DNA from: the human T2T-CHM13v2.0 reference genome, Homo sapiens
Direction: 5' to 3' (one strand)
Assembly (NCBI RefSeq): GCF_009914755.1
Contig: NC_060926.1
DNA: 64,000 nt
The position numbers and the translations under genes are program-made. The notes under the pieces were generated by a model. The model ran no database searches. It was not told the DNA's origin and saw only the letters and a list, made by a program, of their open reading frames with translations. Shown here one piece after another: positions 35,580 through 50,200 of the stretch; positions within the stretch are counted from its first letter, which is position 1; each line of letters starts with the position of its first letter.

Positions 35580-38500
35580 CAATAATAATAGTGTAAAATG
35601 TGGGATGAGTAAATTAGAAATGTGCCTAACATTACTGATGGTCAGAGAAACGCAGATCAAAGCAGTGTTCTCATAAGCAGAGGTTTTTAAAAATGTGAAT
35701 GCCCAGTGCTGGGAGTCAGGTGGGGAGGGGCTGGGTAGCCTCCTAGATCCTTGGCAAGAGTGAGGCTACAAAGTGCTAGAGTGCTTTTGGAAAGCAATTT
35801 GGAAATTTATGTGTTAAAAATGATCCAATGTCCATTACCTTTGACCCAGTAATGCCGTGATGAATCATCGACTTTGAGGGAATAATAAAGAACGGAGACA
35901 ATGATTTATGCCTGAAGGTGTTCCTCACCACCTCATTTATAATAATGAAATCTAAGAGTAACTACAATGTCCATCATCTGAGAGATGTCTTCAAATAAAT
36001 AATGGAAAGCTAAGTGATGAAATATTATACTGTCAGTATAAACTGTTTGAGAGTTTTTAATAACAGGAGAAAATGTACATGGGATAATGTGAAGTAAAAA
36101 AAAAAGCAGGTTATGTTACTGAATATAAAAAATAACTGCAAGGCTCTTTTTAAACAAGCGTGACGCTGCCACAATATTGCCACAGTTACCTTTGAGTGGT
36201 AAATTGTGGAAGACTTCTGTTGTCCTCCTCTTTTCTTCCATAGAGATGACTGCTTTATGAGCACAGCACAGTCGGGAAGGACTGTTTACGAAATTTGAAA
36301 TACCTGCTGGAAGGAGCATCCTTTGACCTGCAGTTTGCATGGTGCTTTAGAGAAAGGCAGCACACGTTGCCCTGGGATCCTGTGCCGCTGGGTGCGGGAA
36401 TGGTGTCTGGGGAGAGAGACGCCACCTGGAGCAGCTCTGAGCAAGGGACTTTGATGACAGGTTTTGTCCTAGGACCAGCCAGTTGCTGAGAAGGTTCCAG
36501 AAAGTACATGCCCTCATCCCTTAGCTTTGTGTCCTTGAGCCAAGCCGCCTGTCACCTTCTCTCCTTTCCACGGAGAACTCAGTCTCAGCTCAGGGGACTG
36601 CTACGATTGCACCAGTGCTGCCAAGAAGGAGGCCAATTAGTACAAAGTAAATTTTTCTCCCCCAGGGAAAATGGACGGAGGCCACCAGAGCACTTCTCTG
36701 ATGGCAGAAAACACGAGTTTCCTGTGTCCTGGGCCAACCAGCCACAACCAGAGATGAAAGAGACCAGAGAACGTCCCACAGCCTCCTGGGCCAGAGAGGA
36801 CCGGGCAAGTAGACCTCAGCATTTATTTATGGAGCTAATTTTGTGTGTATTGCTCCTATTTCCGTCTGTAGATAAAAAGCAGAGATAATCAGCTTGGCTC
36901 AGAACATGGATACTCTGGGAGCCCCACCCGCGGACCACTTTAAAGCAGAAGGATCCCACAGGGAACGGTTCTGAATTGGGGCCGAGGAATTCCACTCCAC
37001 CACAAGCTACACAAACCCCCTCTTCCCGCTGTGTCTTCCTCCAGCCGATTTGTGGAGGGGATATTTATAGGATTTCCACCATTTATGGAAGGCATTTTTG
37101 AAAGGAAAAATCAGGCGGGGGCTTTTTCCTAGTAAAAGCTTATGGTTGTCATCATTTGCTCTCATTAGCCCCAAATCCTCTTCGCTGCAGTGTCAAAGCC
37201 CTCCTCCATTCTTTGCTTCACCACATTTTTATTCACTAACTCCTTCCCTAAGTTCCGCCGTCCCAGAGGCAATTTGTAATTAATAATGAAAACCCCACCT
37301 CCCAAGCTGTACTGGAGAGGGGAGCATCTCACTAGCACGCATCTCTCCAGCAAATAGTGTTTCTTGGGCAGTGTTCTTAAGACTTCATCAAGTGTATCCC
37401 TACACAGAACAGACAGGCTGCCAGGTCACATGTGGGGACAATTGGGGGTTTGGAAATGTATCATATTTTTTCTCATGAAGTTTTCTCACCTGTCTTTGGA
37501 GCTGCCATCATTAACATTAGGGCAAAAATTAAAATAAAAAATAATACATGGTAAAACCAGTGGAGTAGTAGCTGATAAAACAAGCACAGTAACTAAAAAG
37601 AAAGTAATTTTGAGCTGATTGAAGAGAGAATAGTTTATTCCCCCTCCCAGAAATAACTGCTACCTCTTCAAACCTGACATTAAAATACCAGAGAGAAACA
37701 GATTACCTACTATGTTTTGAAATTTAAAGTTAACTTTATTATTTTAAGAATTTTAGAACAGTGTTTTTTCTTCTCATAACAATCAGATATCAGCTTCCTC
37801 TAAAAGTTTTTGAAAGTCTCCTCACACTAATTGTACTGCCTTTTTCAATTAAAAATACTTCAAGGAATGTGAAATGATTAGTCAATTCAAACATTCTCTA
37901 TTCAGTGCTACGATGAAGGCTTTAAGTATTGACGAAAACATGCCCCATGTAGGACAACCAAATCATCTTTCAGGCGTTGGATCAGGACCAATAACTTGAG
38001 AAATAAATATGTTGATTCTTCCACAAATCTTAAAGTCTGATCTGTGTTATCTTTGTTGCAATTATAAAAATAAAATAAAAAGTGCTTCAAATATATACTA
38101 GCCTTGCTATTTGAAACAGACGAGAAAAAACAGGGCTTCAAATATATGGTATTCTTGCTATTTGAAACGGAAATCTGAAAGAATGAAGAAGGATGGCAAA
38201 CAAGTAAAGATTTAATTTCGGTTTTCAGAGACAAATCTGTTATTCTAGGTGATTAAAAAAGGCAACCAGGCCTTGTATTGGTGCATTTTCATCCCCAAGT
38301 CAAATAAACCACGTCTGCAAGGCAGGTCTTCTGTCTTTCACTCTTGTCCAATTTACCTTCCAAAATGCAGGTGGGTGTCTAGGACACTCTCTGTAGTAGC
38401 TGTGACTCTGAGCAGCTGATGACCCTTTTGTGGTGGCGATTGTTATCAACAGAATCTTATCTAAGAAAAGCTGAAGGAACTAGAAGAAACTGCTATTTGA

Positions 38501-38850
38501 AAATTTGGCTGCAGACCTTTTGTAACAGGGAGTCCTCTCCATGGAACACAGTCCACCTCAGGTTCTCCATTTGTCTAGTGGAGGAGGAAGAACTATCTGG
38601 AAGCACCTGCTACCTGTCCTGGAGTCACAGGTGCTCCGGGGGGCATGGCCATGTCTAAGCCCGCCCCTGTAGATGTGAGATCCTGCGTCCCTCGGAGCTC
38701 AGCGTTGACTCTTTGAACAGACACACACCCAGAGATCTGTGACCCATGGGCATCCCTGAAGTGCCCTGGCATGGTCAGGGGAGCCGCTGAGAAGTCAGCA
38801 GAGTGGCGGGACGGGGTGGCTCTTGGGATCAACCGCATCTGACATCTTAA

Positions 38851-39270
<420 letters not shown>

Positions 39271-40767
39271 TAAAAATTCCACAAAATCACTCTAAGTCCA
39301 CTGCACTGAGATTACTGATGGAGGAGCAAGTGCCTGCTGTGTAAGGTGAGGGGTGATGCCCACTGGGGTGGGTGCCCACATGAATCTCTTGGCCAAGGTA
39401 TAGAGTTGACCGCCACTCAGAAGTCAAGTGAATGAGCAGAGGTCAGCGAGGCTGCCAATCAGCCAGAGAGTTTGGGCCATTCCCCTGAGATTTTATACGT
39501 AAATTAATGCTCCAGAGTTCACTGACACCAATGAATTTGGGGTGTGGGGGGGTTTGGTTGCACACGGAGATACTGTTGGGAGTGGTAGGGGTGGTCATTC
39601 CCTGGCTCCTCTCTTCTTCCCACCCTCCAAACTCCAGCCGCTGACTGGAGTGGACAGAGTGGCTCCCCAAGTTCTCACAACAGGCAGAGGCAGTGCAGGG
39701 ACCGGGCTCAGGGCAAAGGAGAGTGACTGGGGTGCCTCACCCTGACTTCCTCTTGATCGCTTGGAACAACTTAGCTGAGTCTTTCTTCCACAGTCCCCTT
39801 CTTTCCTACATCCTGGGGGTCCTACCTGACACCGAAGGTACTAAGCTCCGGTCACTACTCCAGAGAGCAAGGGAGGAATGTGCATTCTATTGTCGGTGGT
39901 TGTAAATAGAGAAAAGATGGTTTATCTATGGTGTTAGCCCCAGTAGCTTGCCATAGGCCACGGCTCATGGCAGGGTGGGGATGATGTGACCTTTTCCGTC
40001 ATCATGTCACGGCCTGGGTCACAAATGCAGATGGGGAGGCATCCGTGTGGAATGTGTCATTAGTGTCATGGCCTGCTTCTTACAGGGAGAGCTTCCAGCT
40101 CAGGCAGAGCAACGAGACCATGCCTCACAGCAAATGCAAACTGCTCATTTTCATAATGGAAGCTGTTACTGTGTCATTGGAAACCTTTTAGTGACATGTG
40201 ATATACATACACAAGAGTCTACATATAAATGTGTACAAACTAAACACATCCAGGAAGCCAGGCACCAGAATTACCGGCACCAGATAAGTCAGTCCCAGAG
40301 GGACTCCTTCCAAAACCAATCACAATTCTAACTTGAAATAACATAGATTAGTGTTGCCATAGATTTGTGTTTGTACTTTATGTAAATTGAATTTTGTCGC
40401 ATATAGACTTTTGTGGCTGGCTTCATTAGCTAAACATGGTGTTTGTGGGATTTGTCGCAGGTAGGGGTGGAGCACTCTTTTTCGCGGCTGCACAGTGCTC
40501 TCTTTGTGGTTATAGCACAGTTTATATGCTGGTGGATATCTGAGTAATTTGGGGATATTACTAATCATGTTCATATAACTGAACTTTTTTGCCATTTAAA
40601 AATAAATAAGTATAAATTGCAAATTTTGATTCCCTGTGCAAGAACTGATGGACAAAATGTTTCCACTGAGTTGACATCACTGAAGGTGTTATTTTATTGA
40701 TGCAAAATGATGACCTATACTTAGTATAATAATCAATTGACTTGGATCATATCTTTATTTTTAATGC

Positions 40768-40770
<3 letters not shown>

Positions 40771-40811
<41 letters not shown>
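40771..40811. repeat. (TG)20 microsatellite
   Basis: Perfect TG run. Confidence 0.98.
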
Positions 40812-40813
<2 letters not shown>

Positions 40814-41329
40814 CTGTGACTTACTGCAACATGTATTTGTTATCTCACAGTTACCATGGGTCAGGAGTCTGGGTCCTCTTGGCTAGCTGCATGCTCATCT
40901 GGAGTTTGAAGTCCTCTTCTAAGCTCATTCAAGTTCTTAGGAGAATTTAGTTCCTTGCAGTTCTATAACTGCAGCCCTCAACTCCTAGAGTCCGCCCTTC
41001 ACTGTGGCAGTTTTGAACCTTGTAAGGTGGCTGCTTCTTCAGCATCAGTAGGAGAATGTCTCTAACCCCTGGTCCATCTTTATGGGGCTCCTCTGATTAG
41101 CTGGTACCCACCCAGGATGATTTGCTTTTGACAGGTCCTGCCCACTCTCAGGTGAAGGAGATCGTACAGCTTGAATCCTAGAAGTTGGTACTCAAGAGAG
41201 CCACACTGGAATTCTCCTGACCACATCTCTCTATCTCAGGGCAGTCTCTCCAGCAAACCAGTTTCAGACTGACTTTACTCCTGCTTGGTGACTCATGGCT
41301 GCAAAGCAGCATGTCCCATGTTTTATTCT

Positions 41330-42040
41330 TTCCACTCTCTTTCCTTCCTGATGGGCCAAGAGTCTTCTATTTTCTTTCTGTTTAGCAAACTTCCCTGAGG
41401 CTTTCTTTTAGGGTAGGCTTGACGGCAAGACATTCTCTTAATTTTCCTTTATTTGAGCACATCTTTATTTTTCTTTCTTTCCTAAAGGATACTTTTGCCA
41501 GATATGGAATTCAAGGTTGACAGCTTTTATTTCAGCACTTGGAAAATGTTGTGCCACTTCCTTCTGGCTCCCATAGTTTCTGTTGAGATACCTGCTGTCA
41601 TTCAAACTGCTTCTCCCCCTGGGGGAAGGTATTGTTTTGCTGTCACCAATTTCAAGATTTTACTTTGTGTTTGGTTTCCTGGAATTTGATTATGCTGTGT
41701 TTTGGCATGAGATTCTTTGAGTCCATCCTGTTTAGGATTTGCTCAGCATCTCAAATCTGTAAGTTGATGTCTTTTGCCAAACTTGGGAAATTTTCAGCCA
41801 TTATTTATTTGAATACTTTTTCAGGATCTTCCTCTTTATTCTCTCCTTCTAAGACTTAGAGGACATGAGAATTAGATCTTTTGTTATAGTCCCACAAGTC
41901 CCCAAGGCTCTGTTTCTTTTTTTAGTCTATTTTCTCTCTATTGTCCAGATTGGTTAATTTCTGTTGTTCTCTCAAGTTCATCCATTCTTTCTTCTGTACT
42001 CTCCATTGAGTTTTTAATTTGAGTATTTCAGTTGTATTTT
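41330..42040 (-). mobile_element. L1M ORF1-region fragment
   Basis: TTTCAGCACTTGGAAAATGTTGTGCCACTTCCTTCTGGC...AAACTTGGGAAATTTTCAGCCATTATTT is typical antisense L1M ORF1 sequence. Confidence 0.75.
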
Positions 42041-42203
42041 TAAAGCATTAATTGATCAGATCATATCCTTATTTTAAATAGACTACACGTGCCTTTTAAA
42101 CTGCTGTATTCCTTGTCATATCCTTCTAGCCCCTATCACAAACTCTACCTAATTCAGAAACACTTTTGGTGAACACTGTGTACTTTTAAAGCTATGAAAT
42201 CAG

Positions 42204-42610
<407 letters not shown>

Positions 42611-43364
42611 TCAAAGAGCTTACCCAATTTGTGACTGTCTTCCTGTGGCAGGGCTTGGTGCCTGCATGGTGATCACATCAGACATGAGTCCTTCTTCCCT
42701 ATTTCTAAGATTATTCCTAATTTAAAAATCCTAAAAGTACTTCCTGGAGTCCTGGGAAAACCTCCTTTTGGGACCTGGGTGCCTCCTCCCAAATAAATCA
42801 TGTGTTATGAGACAAGCCTTTTTTAGTTGCCACACTCTGCTACATTAGTTGAAGCCTGAGGGTCTTAAAGATAAAAATGGCCAATTCATCTTGATTTTAA
42901 TGCAAGGAACTTGAATTCAGGCTCAGTCACCTAAGTTTGAAATGCAAGAGTGTGACTGAACTTTAGCTGTGTGTCGTTAAAGGGTCTGTGTGTCATTTGT
43001 GTCTGGGACCAATCCAGAAGGCCCAATTGCTCTGACTAGGACACCACACCCCAACTTTTGGGACCCTAAGTCTGGCATACCTGTCGTCTGCTCTCTGGGA
43101 CAGCTGAGGAGATGTCTGGACTAAGCCCCACTGATGGTGGATGTGCTGGTCCTTTCCATCCAGGTCACCAGCGCAGGTGGTCAGAAAAGTCCTCCCAACC
43201 TTGCTTCTGTTAGAAAGCCCTGGCCATCACTCGTGATGGCAACAGGTTGCCACCCCACCTCTTCTGTCTTCCCGCTCCTCCCTCTCCCCTAGTGGGTCTT
43301 TAGAGACTAGAAGGTGACACAGGGCTTTCTTTGTCTTGGTCATCTGTGTTCTCTGTGTCAGGGC

Positions 43365-43810
43365 CTATATTAATTTTCCTAGCTGCCATGACTAAGTGCC
43401 ACAAACTTGGTGGCTTCCCACAAAAGAAGGTTATTCTCTCACAGTTCTGGAGGCTGGAAATCAAGAATCCAGGTGTTGACGGGGTTATGCGTCCTCTGAA
43501 GGCCCTGGGGGAGAATCCATCCTTGCCTCTTCCTTCTTCTGGTGGCTGAAGGCGTTCCTGGTCTTGCTGGGTGCATATCTCCACCTCATTTTCATACGGC
43601 CTTCTCTTCTCTCTGGGTCTCTCCTCTTCTGTCCCTTGCAAGGACACTTGACATTGGATTTAGGGCCTCTCGGAATAATCGAGGATGGTCTCATCTTGAG
43701 ATCTTTTACTTAATTACATCTGCAAAGACCCTTTTTCCAAATATGATAATTCATAGGTTCTGGGCATTAAGACGTGGACGTGTCTTTTGTGGGGGCCACC
43801 ATTCAATGCG
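43365..43810 (-). mobile_element. MLT1 (B/C-like) solo LTR
   Basis: CCACAAACTTGGTGGCTT...CTCACAGTTCTGGAGGCTGGAAATC...CTTAATTACATCTGCAAAGACCCTTTTTCCAAAT. Confidence 0.85.
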
Positions 43811-44711
43811 TGAAGGGCCCGGTTGTTCAGAAGGGCAGGAGCCTGCTTCAATTCCACCTTTGGAACCAAAGGTCAGTTCTTAGTAAGCTCCTCTAGGACT
43901 TCCCCCTCATCTCTGGAATTTCATGCTCATGGTTTAGCTCGTTCCAGTCCCATCTCAGAACAATCCTGAAGATCCATGTGCAGAAACAATGGCCCAGTTC
44001 ATTCTGACACCACCCCCATGTAGCAGGAAGTTTTGACCTATCCACAACTGATTTGAAACACTCCAGTGATAAAGACATTGTTTTCTTTCAAGCCATCTGG
44101 AAGTCAGAGCAAGGAAGTTCTCCAGTTAACTTTGCCACATCTGGGTGCTAGTGATTCATGGAGAAGCAGCCTCGTTCTGGTTTTCATTTCAAGTGATGTT
44201 TACAAGGAATTTAAGCAGTCGCCTCTTGAAGGGTCTTTCAATCTATGGCCACTGCTTCTTGCAGAGCCCACTTCTCCATCTAAAAGCAGAATAACGTTTT
44301 CCACAACCCTATCTTAGGAAACGTTGGAAGGATTAACAAAATCCTATTTGCAAATCAATTTCAGATCTAGTGGTCTGCAAGTATAAGATGTTGTTATTTT
44401 ATTTGCTAATTAAAACCATCTCCTTAAAATTTTGCTTTCCTCCCTCATTTGAATAACAAAGAGAAACAGAGATAGAACCACTTCTGTTGAATCTTCTCAA
44501 TTATTTTTGAATACGGGGTGGAGAGAAAACAGGAGACATCATGAACATGACGCACAGACACTGAGGAAACCATCGATGTGCTGCTGGCAGATGGTCAAAG
44601 CCCAGCGAGCAAATGTGTTTCTATTTCTGCTCTCAATTAAGTCTCAGCTCTCAAACCTCAAGTTCAGAGTTGGACCTGGTGTTCACTTTTTCTCCTTCAT
44701 GACAAAATTGA

Positions 44712-45096
<385 letters not shown>

Positions 45097-47094
45097 TAGC
45101 TTCAACTTTCAACTCAGAAAATGCTGATTACATTAGAACATCCAGGGTCAAAGAGAAAGGGAAACAGATGGACACATAGTGGGTTAATATTAAGTGATTA
45201 TGAGGATTACTCCAAATTCTTAAATGGTCTTGACAATACAATTTTTAAAACATTTTAAATTCAAACAGTGCAATTTGTGACTCCGTATTGCCAAACAAGC
45301 CAATGAATATATTTCTTCTACTTCTTGTTTCTGCCCTTTGGCCTTTTAGACCTCAGTGTTGTCTTCTGACATGATCTTAGCCACATCCATCTGAGGGAAG
45401 ACAGAAAATCCCACAGATCTGACAGTGATTGCAATTTCTCTGATCTGACAGACACATATTATACATCTCCTGCATGAGAAATCCCCTTTCCAGAGGCCAG
45501 GGACAGCCCTGGTTGGAGGATTCTGGTTCATAGCTCCTTTGTTGATTTGTTTGCGTGTGAAACTCTGAATAAGAAACCTCCAGAAGGAGACAGTTCTCTG
45601 GAGTTGCAGTGGTGGGCTTTGGATGAGGTTTCCCAGTTCTTCAGGTTCTTTGCATTTTAGAAAGGGCAAGTGGGGTAAGTGGGGAGAGTCTGGCGGTGTC
45701 TGGAGATCAGGGGGCCCGGGCAGCGCAAGTCTGTCTGCCCCGCTGATCTCACCCCTCCAAGGGCAGCAGGAAGCCACCTTGCCCACTTGCATCCTGTCCA
45801 CGAGTGATACGGGTGGGGCTGATCCCACCTAGGTGTCCATGGTCCACCTTGGTTCCAGCAAGCCTGGCTTACGTCATGCATCCCTCTCTGACTCCTTCCT
45901 CTTTCAGCCTCACAGCCAGTTTGTCACCAGGTCCCTCTGAGGACAGGAAACATCAGTGCCGTTTCTTGCGTTGCAAGGAGCCAGCTGTGCTGGACCCATT
46001 ACTGTCACCTTCCCACGAAGCCCTCAAGACACCGCTGCATGGTCACATGGTGACTGTCATATCCACATTGTAAAGATGAGAAACCTGGAGCTCACAGGCC
46101 ATTTGTGCTGGTGGCGGGGCAGGGGCCAGGTTTGGAGCCAGCCTTCCTGCTGCTTTCCCCTTCCCCACTCACCCTTTCCTCTCCTGCCCCTGCCTCCTGC
46201 TCCCATCCAGACTCTGATGCTCTCTATCTTCCCAGGCTACTGTGGCACCTTCCAGGCTGATGGCCCTATTTCCAGCGTCACCTACCCTAAATCCTCCATC
46301 ATTGCCAAAAGCAATTTTCCCTTGAAATCTTTAAACCATCAACCTCCAAAGCCTTGGCCAGGCCTTCCTCTCCCTCTATTCTGACCCCTTCCTCCTGCTG
46401 TTCTCCTCCTTCCAGCTCCCTTTCTATAGAGGGAGATCACTCTCCTCCTCACTCCTAGGACAACTCCCCTGCTCCTTCCGTCATGTGCCTGCCCCACTCT
46501 GGGAAACCACAGCCTGCCCCTGTTCCCAAGGACTTTGCAGTGCCTTCCCCTGCCCACACCCTGCCCACTTGGAAGCCAGGTATGACCACCTTCCACGGAG
46601 TCTTCCCTGAGCGCTTTGGACACAGGGAGCTCCCTGCATCCCTTGTCTGTATCTCCAGGGCCCTGGAGGCCTCCACAGTGGTGCTCTGTCTTTTGTCTCC
46701 AACCGGACAGAGCACTCGCTGAGGTCAGGACATGCATCCTCCTCCTCAGTTTCCCTACAGTGACTTTTTGGCTCTTTTTTGATGAATTAAACCCTTCTGT
46801 CACAACTCTACCATCAAAGCCCTTAGCAGCTTCACCCAGCCCTGCTTTCCTTCCTGGGACCTCTCTGATGTTCAGGAACCCACGGGCTGGCTCCCAGGCT
46901 CTCATCTCTCTTTCTAACTTGCCCAGTGATTCTAAACTGTGCTTCCAGAGCCTTCTGTATTTTCTGGGTTCCACTGAGCAGGAGGAGGGGCTGAAGCTGA
47001 TGGGGGTCTGAGCCTCTACCTTCCACAACCCACCCACAGCCAGAGCAGGAAGCCTTGTCCACTCTGTAGACTAAGCAGCTGGTACCTTTATGGG

Positions 47095-47280
47095 TAGACT
47101 TCCTGGTTCAAATCCCGGCTCTGCCTCTTCCTCTCTACGTGGTCCTTGGGTGACCTATGCAGCCACTCTGCTGCCTCCTTTTCCTCATCTGTGAACTGGA
47201 GAGGATATCAGCCCTCCCTTAAAGGTTGCTGTGAGGATGGGAGGTATCAGAGCATGCACTGAAGCTTCGCTGGGTGAACG
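47095..47280 (+). mobile_element. MIR relic
   Basis: CCTGGTTCAAATCCCGGCTCTGCC...CCTTGGGTGACC...TTTTCCTCATCTGTGAACTGG...GGTTGCTGTGAGGAT. Confidence 0.75.
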
Positions 47281-50200
47281 AACCGGTGGAGGGTGGCCTC
47301 GGCTTCTTCCGTTGCTCCAACCCATGGAGCTCCAATGTCTTGGAGATTACAGCATGCCTTTGGTAAGAGTTTTCAGCCAGCTGCAGGCCAAGCCAGTGCC
47401 ATTTCCTCCTCTATGGGGCTCTGGTGGCAAGTCCTCCACCCTGTGGGAATCTCTCAACCTCTCCCACTAGGGCATTTAGCGGTTGGAGAAGACTTATGAC
47501 AGCAGAGTGAGTGATGACTGAGTGCTCACTGTGTTTCCAGGGCTGTGTGGAGCCAGCCATGGGCAGCCCTCACATGCCCGGGCTGTTCCGGAGCCCACGC
47601 TCTCCATCTCTGACAATGCTAAGGGTCATTGACACAGTGCTGGAGTGGGAGTGCTTTCCTCCTGGTGGATCTCTCTGGCCTCTGCTCAGCCCTTCTGAAC
47701 CACCATCATCTCCAGGTAGACATAGGCTTCCAGCCAAGAAGGCAAACCAGAGTGCTCCCACATGCCCTGGACACCAGGGCTGGCTGAGAACCTGATGACA
47801 GGAAGCTGGGATAAAGCTGGAAATATAAACGTGCAATGGGGTGAACAAAAGTACTACCCAACAGTGGATCTTTTTTTTTTTTTTTTTTGGAATTTAAAGA
47901 ACAAGATTCAGACTTTGGGTAAAACTCATTGCTGACGTAAGCCAAGCACAGTGAGAAGGGTGATTTGATCCCACTTGGGACTTAACTGACAAATTGCATT
48001 GTTGAAGCAGTGATTTGTCAGAGAACAGCTCCAAGGGCTTGGAGTGTGGATACCAACTCAAGCAGAGGCTGCATGGAACAATCCCTCCCATTCAGGGGGA
48101 GCGAATCTAGGACCTCTGGGTTTAATCCTGTCTCTTTCGTTTGCTTATTTGTTTGTTTCTTTGATGTATTATTCTATTTTCTCAGAGATTTTCTTGATTT
48201 TTATCTCCCAAATATTCTGTTGAAAACTTTTTTTTAGCAATCACATGTTGTTGTTTCATAAAAAAGAAATTGTCCAAGGGCTTACTTTTATTTTCTGTTC
48301 CCTTTTCATATCATCTTATTCTTGTTTCAAAGATGAACTTGTCTTCTCACTGAAGATAAACATTATTTACTAGGATATTTTTGTTCCTAAATTATTTCCA
48401 TTTCTTTTCTAGTCTATTCTGAACAGTTCACCCTCAGGCTGGCATTTGGTGCCCTTTTTTTTCTTCTCTACCCCTTGCCTTGATCATCTTCCAGGTTAAG
48501 AAAAAAAATTTACATTTAAAATCTGGGTCTCTGTAATTTTTGTATTCCAAATATAACTTAACCTAGAAAAAAATTTACTGGTTTATATCATAGTTAACTG
48601 ACTTACTTCCATTATACATGTAGGCAATCTAGGCTTCAACAGTAAACTGAATTGGGTTATAGAAGGTAGGTATTTAAATGGCTAATTTGGGATTGATTAT
48701 ACTGACTACAATTCATGCTGTGACATGGTCCTGTTCATTTTAACAAGAATTTCATGGAACAGACATTACCAAAGTGTACCCATGTCCCAGCTGCCCTTGA
48801 TTCACAGTGAGCCCACCTTGGTCCCTCTGGTCAGATCTGCTTGGGGTCAGCGTTTCTCCCACAGAGCTTGGGAAATGCTGTGACACTGGGCACCCTGTCC
48901 TTACACTGCAGCAAGTCTACCATGTTCAAGGCATGAGAACTCTGGGTAACATGCCTTGCCAGGAGAAACTGTGACCCCCAGAAAGCAGCAGAGGACAGAA
49001 ACTGTGCTGATTATATATATAAAAAATATGTCATGCTTCTGAGTGTGGTTTGGGGAAGGGATGGCATGAAGAGATACTAGGCAGCATGCCCATCTTGGAG
49101 TCCCAACACTCTTACTTCCAGGAATCCAGTATTCCTACCAACCAAAACATCGTGTTAGTAACCAAGGCTCCCACAAAAAGCAGGCTCATCAAGAGCTTTA
49201 AAAAGGAAGGCAGGAAGTGACAGGAGCTCTGCTTCCATCCTCATCTGCTACCCACCTCTCTCACTCGCTCTTCAAAGCAGACTTTGAAGAGAACTTTTTA
49301 AAAAACCATCTTTATTTGCCCAAAATGGAAAGAGTGATCTCATTAGACCCAGGGCTGTGATTTCACTTTAGGTTCAGTGGGAAGGATCAGCGAGCTCCTT
49401 GGTAACAAAGCCCATGAAACACACACATGTTCACTATGGCAAGTGGACGTTGGCAGGACCTCTGTCATTCAACGCTACATAAACACTCGGTTCCACACTG
49501 CAGACTTCTAAAAAAGAATGTACATTTGACTCCATTTCAAGTTGAAGAGAGTTTAATGAGCATCCACGTGTGGTGAGCGTGTTGACCTCTTCTTGGGGTG
49601 TGAAAATATGTATGCGTAGCACATGTGTGCATGTGCGTGTGACGGCGTCCCCCTTCATGGAGCAGCCAGTCTTGCTGCGGAGACAAGATCACCTCACATC
49701 TGATCATCAGCAGTAATCCCAATGACCTTAATAAAAACAGCAGTTCCCATTTATTGGGCACTTACTGTGTACCGCGTTCTGACCAAGGAGCATTCCAGGG
49801 CTCGCACGGTGACTGGCACAGAGGACACTCAGTCAATAAATGTTAGTTTCTGTTACATCAGATTTTGCTGTGTTCAGTGTTCCTGGAAGGAGACAGCTCT
49901 GATTTGACCAGTGACTGAAACAGCCTAAAATATCGAGGCAGGCTCCGCACTGTCCTCTCGGACAGGTCTCATCACCATGGACATTTCAACTCACCAGGGT
50001 GGAAACAGCCTAGGATCACTCCAAAGCCAACCTCTGCATCCTGCTCTGTTCCTGCAAGATTCCCACTCCAGCCCGCATCTGCCAGTCTGTCTGATGATAC
50101 CTTTGCAGCTTTACAGGTAGCACGCAGCCTCTACACCGTGATAAAGAACACACTGACCACATGCACTTTCCTCTTCCTGGAGGCCTGCAGGGTGTGAAAT

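Noticed and set aside
45865-47944. TGACGTAAGCCA on opposite strands at 45865-45876 and 47933-47944 (CRE/MARE-like)
   Set aside because: Many 12-mer matches are expected by chance in 64 kb, and the homology does not extend further.
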